From contig JADJYF010000008.1 of the NCBI GenBank assembly GCA_016719885.1, positions 162,200-226,199 of the forward strand: a DNA stretch of 64,000 bases. Direction: 5' to 3'. The notes under the pieces are model-generated. The model was given only the letters and a program-made list of their open reading frames with translations. It was not told the DNA's origin and made no database searches. This DNA is from Pseudomonadota bacterium. Lineage in GTDB: Bacteria; Pseudomonadota; Gammaproteobacteria; Ga0077536. Below, piece by piece: positions 60,993-64,000 of this stretch (positions within the stretch are counted from its first letter, which is position 1; every line of letters begins with the position of its first letter). The translations under genes and the position numbers were made by a program.

Positions 60993-61175
60993 GTCAGGCT
61001 GAAGCCTGACCCACAGGGAACTCAGGCGGCCGGGCATTCTTGTGGACCAGGCTTCAGCATGACCCACAGAAAGGTCGGGAGGCAGGGCTATTTCATTGTG
61101 GGTCAGGCTTCAGCATGACCCACAGAAAGGTCGGGAGGCAGGGCATTTCATTGTGGGTCAGGCTTCAGCCTGACA
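60993..61175. repeat. REP-A array: one inverted copy, then three direct copies at 55-56-bp spacing; the first two carry a full 28-bp palindrome variant
   Basis: Copies at 60993-61015 (inverted), 61041-61068, 61097-61124 and 61152-61175. The intervening GAAAGGTCGGGAGGCAGGGC(T)ATTTCAT is repeated. Confidence 0.92.
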
Positions 61176-61210
61176 TGCTTTCACAGCCCGTGTGCCCGAT
61201 AGCCCCTCGA

Positions 61211-61235
61211 ATGTGCGAATGAATTCGCACACCCA
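61211..61235. repeat. REP-B element (ATGTGCGAATGAATTCGCACACCCA)
   Basis: Read directly. Confidence 0.85.
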
Positions 61236-61237
61236 GG

Positions 61238-62254
61238 TCAAGCGCGCAGCCGGGCTACAACCTCCGCTTCGCGAGCGAAATCCCACGAGACATTCCAGGT
61301 CGGATCGTTCATGGGCGTCGCCACGCGATCCAGGCCCTGGGCCATGAACCATTCGTAGGTCTGGGCATGGCCCGCGGCGAAATCGAAGCGCGACTCGAAG
61401 CCCAGCAGGCGACGCGCCTTGTCCGCGCTCACCACCGCGTGCAGCGACTTCTGGAAGCGATGATTGAAGGGCAGCGGCGCTTCGAGCGCGGCGGTGATGG
61501 CGTCCGGCAGCATCACGATGTCGGCTTCGACGCCCATGATGCCGGCGATGGTCTCGACGAAATAGCGCGAGGTCACCGAGTCGGCGCAGATGTTGAACAC
61601 TTCGCCGTGCGCCGCCGGCGTGCTCGCGGCGAGGTGCAGGGCGCGCGCGAGGTCCTCGACGTGCCCATAGGGAAAGCACACCAAGCCATCGTGCGGCAGC
61701 AGCACCGGCAGACCCCGGCCGAGGCGTTGGAACATCGCCATCTCGCCGTCGGGAATATTGTTGTGCGGACCGTAGACCGCCGCCGGGCGCACCACGGTAT
61801 AGGCGAAGCCGCTGCGTGCGCGACGCTCGGCCAGCAGCGCTTCGACCGCCGCCTTGTGGCCGCCATACTTGCTCGGGCGTGAGCGCGTGGTGGGCAGACT
61901 TTCGGTCCACGGCAAGGAGCCATGGCCCATGCGGTAGGCGGCGATGGAACTGACGAACAGGTAGACGCCGCACTGGCCGTCGAGCATATCGATGAGCGCC
62001 GCGATGTCCTCGAGCGGCGCGACCTGCGCCGAGGCGCTGACATCGTAGACCGCGTCCCATTGGCGGGCGCGCAGCGCGCGCGCCATGGCATCACGGTCCT
62101 TGCGATCGGCGATGAGCTGCTCGACGCCGGCCGGCGCGGCGTTGGCGCCGCGGTTCAGCACAGTCACGTCATGGCCGGCCGCGAGCAGATGCTGGACCAG
62201 CTGGCGGCCGATGAACGCGGTGCCGCCCAGGAACAGGCTGCGAGTTGCACCCAT
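61238..62254 (-). CDS. NAD-dependent epimerase/dehydratase (extended SDR) family protein
   Basis: GGTAFIGRQL Rossmann motif at N-terminus; GGAGG-like SD before ATG 62254. Confidence 0.85.
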   Translation of the reverse strand: MGATRSLFLGGTAFIGRQLVQHLLAAGHDVTVLNRGANAAPAGVEQLIADRKDRDAMARALRARQWDAVYDVSASAQVAPLEDIAALIDMLDGQCGVYLFVSSIAAYRMGHGSLPWTESLPTTRSRPSKYGGHKAAVEALLAERRARSGFAYTVVRPAAVYGPHNNIPDGEMAMFQRLGRGLPVLLPHDGLVCFPYGHVEDLARALHLAASTPAAHGEVFNICADSVTSRYFVETIAGIMGVEADIVMLPDAITAALEAPLPFNHRFQKSLHAVVSADKARRLLGFESRFDFAAGHAQTYEWFMAQGLDRVATPMNDPTWNVSWDFAREAEVVARLRA

Positions 62255-62369
62255 GCTGCTTCCTCCCCTCGACTCGCGACAGTGTACCGACAGCCCGCGC
62301 GCCGCCACCACTCACCGATAGGGCAATGCTCGCTACACTGTCGGCCTCCATCGAACACGCGAGGCCGGC

Positions 62370-63185
62370 ATGATCAATCTGCACTATGTCGAACGCGGAC
62401 AGGGCCCGGTGCTGCTGTTCGTGCACGGTTGGTCGCAAAGCACGCGCTGCTTCGAAAAGCAGTTGGCGGATCTCAGCGATCGCTATCGCGTGATGGCGGT
62501 CGACATGCGCGGCCACGGTGAATCGCCCAAGCCCAGCCATGGCTACCGCGTGGCGCGCCTCGCCCAGGACCTGCACGAGTTCCTGCTCCAGCACGATCTG
62601 CGCGAGGTGGCGCTGGCCGGCCATTCCATGGGCGCCTCGATCATCTGGAGCTATGTCGAACAGTTCGGCGCCGAGCGCCTGGCCAAGCTCATCTTCATCG
62701 ACCAGGCGCCGCTGGTGACCAACGGCATGGGACTCACTGGCGAGGCGCTGGCGGCGGCGGGCTGCGCCTTCACACCGACCTCGCTGTACGAGATTGCCCA
62801 CGGCATCGCGACCAACAGGGAAGCGAGCCTGGCCGGCCTGCGCAGCGCGTTCTTCAGCAGCGCGGTCGGCGACGACGATTTCAGTATGGCGGTGAGCGAG
62901 AGCCTGAAAGTACCGGCGGCCTGTGCGGCACGCCTGCTGATCGATCACGCCTCGCAGGACTGGCGCGACGTGATCACGGAGGTCATCCCGGGCCTGGGCT
63001 TGCCGACCCTGGTATTCGGCGGCGAGCTCGCCACCATCTTTCCGCCGCAGTCGGCGGCGTGGATAGCCTCACGCATCCCGGGCGCGCGCCTGTCGATCTT
63101 CGGCCGCGAGGAAGGCGGCAGTCACTTCATGTTCTGGGAGAACCCGGCGAAGTTCAACGCCGTGCTGCGCGACTTCCTCGGTTGA
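62370..63185 (+). CDS. Alpha/beta hydrolase
   Basis: HGW oxyanion region, nucleophile elbow GHSMG, C-terminal His region GGSHFMFWENP. Confidence 0.88.
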   Translation: MINLHYVERGQGPVLLFVHGWSQSTRCFEKQLADLSDRYRVMAVDMRGHGESPKPSHGYRVARLAQDLHEFLLQHDLREVALAGHSMGASIIWSYVEQFGAERLAKLIFIDQAPLVTNGMGLTGEALAAAGCAFTPTSLYEIAHGIATNREASLAGLRSAFFSSAVGDDDFSMAVSESLKVPAACAARLLIDHASQDWRDVITEVIPGLGLPTLVFGGELATIFPPQSAAWIASRIPGARLSIFGREEGGSHFMFWENPAKFNAVLRDFLG

Positions 63186-63191
63186 AGCAGC

Positions 63192-64000
63192 CTACAAGCC
63201 CATCTGCCTGACGGCCAGGTCGCGCATGATCTCGGCCGAGCCGCCGCCGATGGTCATGACCTTGGTCTCGCGGTAGATGCGCTCCACCGGGTTGCCGCGC
63301 AGGTAGCCGGCGCCGCCGAAGATCTGCATCGCTTCGTTGGCGCAGAATTCCAGCGCCGTCGAGCAGAAGAACTTGGCCTTGCTGATCTCGGCCACCGGCG
63401 CCTCGCCCTCGTTGATGTTCCAGCAGATCTGGTTGATCAAGGCGTCCATGGCGTCGATGCGCGAACTCATCTCGGCGAGCTTGTGGCGAATGACCTGGTG
63501 CTTGATGAGCGGCTTGCCGAAGGTCTTGCGCTGCTGGCCATAGGCGATGCTTTCATCCAGGCAGCGTCGCGCCATGCCGAGCATCTGCGCGCACATGAAC
63601 AGGCGCTCGAAATTGAAATTGTTCAACACCGAAAGAAAGCCGCGATTCTCCTCGCCCATGAGATTGGCGGCCGGCACGCGGCATTCGTCGAAATAGAGAG
63701 TGGCGGTGTCCGACGCCCACCAGCCCATCTTGCGCTCGATGGCGGTGCGCGAGAAACCGGGCATGCCGGCCTCGACGAAGAACAGCGAGATGCCGGCGCC
63801 GCCTTCGTCGCCGGTGCGCGCGGCGATGGCGAAGTAGCTGGCGTTCATGCCGCCGGTGATGAAAGTCTTGGAGCCGTTCAAGACATACTCGTCGCCCTCG
63901 CGGCGCGCGCGGGTCTGCATGCTGGCGACGTCCGAACCGCCGCCGGGTTCGGTGATGCCGAGCGCACCGCCCTTCACGCCCGACAGGATCTCGGGCAGCG
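63192..64000 (-). CDS. Acyl-CoA dehydrogenase (C-terminal two-thirds; 5' end beyond window)
   Basis: ITEPGGGSD, GSKTFITGG, GGAGYLRGNPVERIYRETKVMTIGGGSAEI typical ACAD blocks; frame open to window end. Confidence 0.9.
   Translation of the reverse strand, partial: LPEILSGVKGGALGITEPGGGSDVASMQTRARREGDEYVLNGSKTFITGGMNASYFAIAARTGDEGGAGISLFFVEAGMPGFSRTAIERKMGWWASDTATLYFDECRVPAANLMGEENRGFLSVLNNFNFERLFMCAQMLGMARRCLDESIAYGQQRKTFGKPLIKHQVIRHKLAEMSSRIDAMDALINQICWNINEGEAPVAEISKAKFFCSTALEFCANEAMQIFGGAGYLRGNPVERIYRETKVMTIGGGSAEIMRDLAVRQMGL

Overview
This is a GC-rich, densely coding proteobacterial chromosomal window. I recognised no rRNA, tRNA, CRISPR, transposase, integrase or phage genes. All functional calls come from motif and family recognition by eye, with no searches run. 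Start codons were chosen from the first plausible ATG/GTG with a Shine-Dalgarno sequence, checked against the frames in the ORF track. Because of the high GC content, many long track ORFs are antisense or shadow ORFs, or over-extended N-termini.

Content in order:
- MCP fragment, CMD-family protein, Rieske protein, YfcG-like GST, GGDEF cyclase, SDR, pyruvate-kinase-like protein and ppa.
- A 1178-aa amino-acid-permease-fused hybrid histidine kinase, with a divergent HisKA-only protein.
- An APH-kinase/ACAD divergent pair.
- A 4-gene MCE/Mla-Pqi-like lipid-transport cluster.
- GST, SRPBCC, MBL-fold protein, P-type ATPase and a disrupted AMP-ligase.
- A PQQ alcohol dehydrogenase carrying the lanthanide-type D-Y-D motif, plus a lipoprotein cytochrome c.
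- An ECF sigma/NrsF pair.
- A complete clade-I-type nos cluster in the order nosZ-R-D-F-Y-L with divergent nosX/apbE and a perfect FNR/DNR box.
- A four-component soluble di-iron monooxygenase operon (alpha, beta, coupling, reductase) preceded by a crotonase.
- A CoA-transferase and a gutted LLM remnant.
- Three PEP-CTERM-type secreted proteins.
- A CDF transporter, a DUF385/LLM pair, a second crotonase and a histidine phosphatase.
- A translationally coupled cluster: MDR reductase, NicX-like ring-cleavage dioxygenase, IorAB-like Mo-hydroxylase, small HExxH protein and amidase.
- Epimerase, alpha/beta hydrolase and an ACAD fragment.

Two families of palindromic REP-like elements populate the intergenic regions, including two tandem arrays.

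Best candidates for something undescribed:
1. The 53.5-61 kb NicX/Mo-hydroxylase/HExxH/amidase cluster.
2. The APC-permease-fused hybrid kinase with its HisKA-only neighbour.
3. The non-canonically ordered PrmA/ThmA-like di-iron monooxygenase operon.

None of these can be proven novel from sequence alone.
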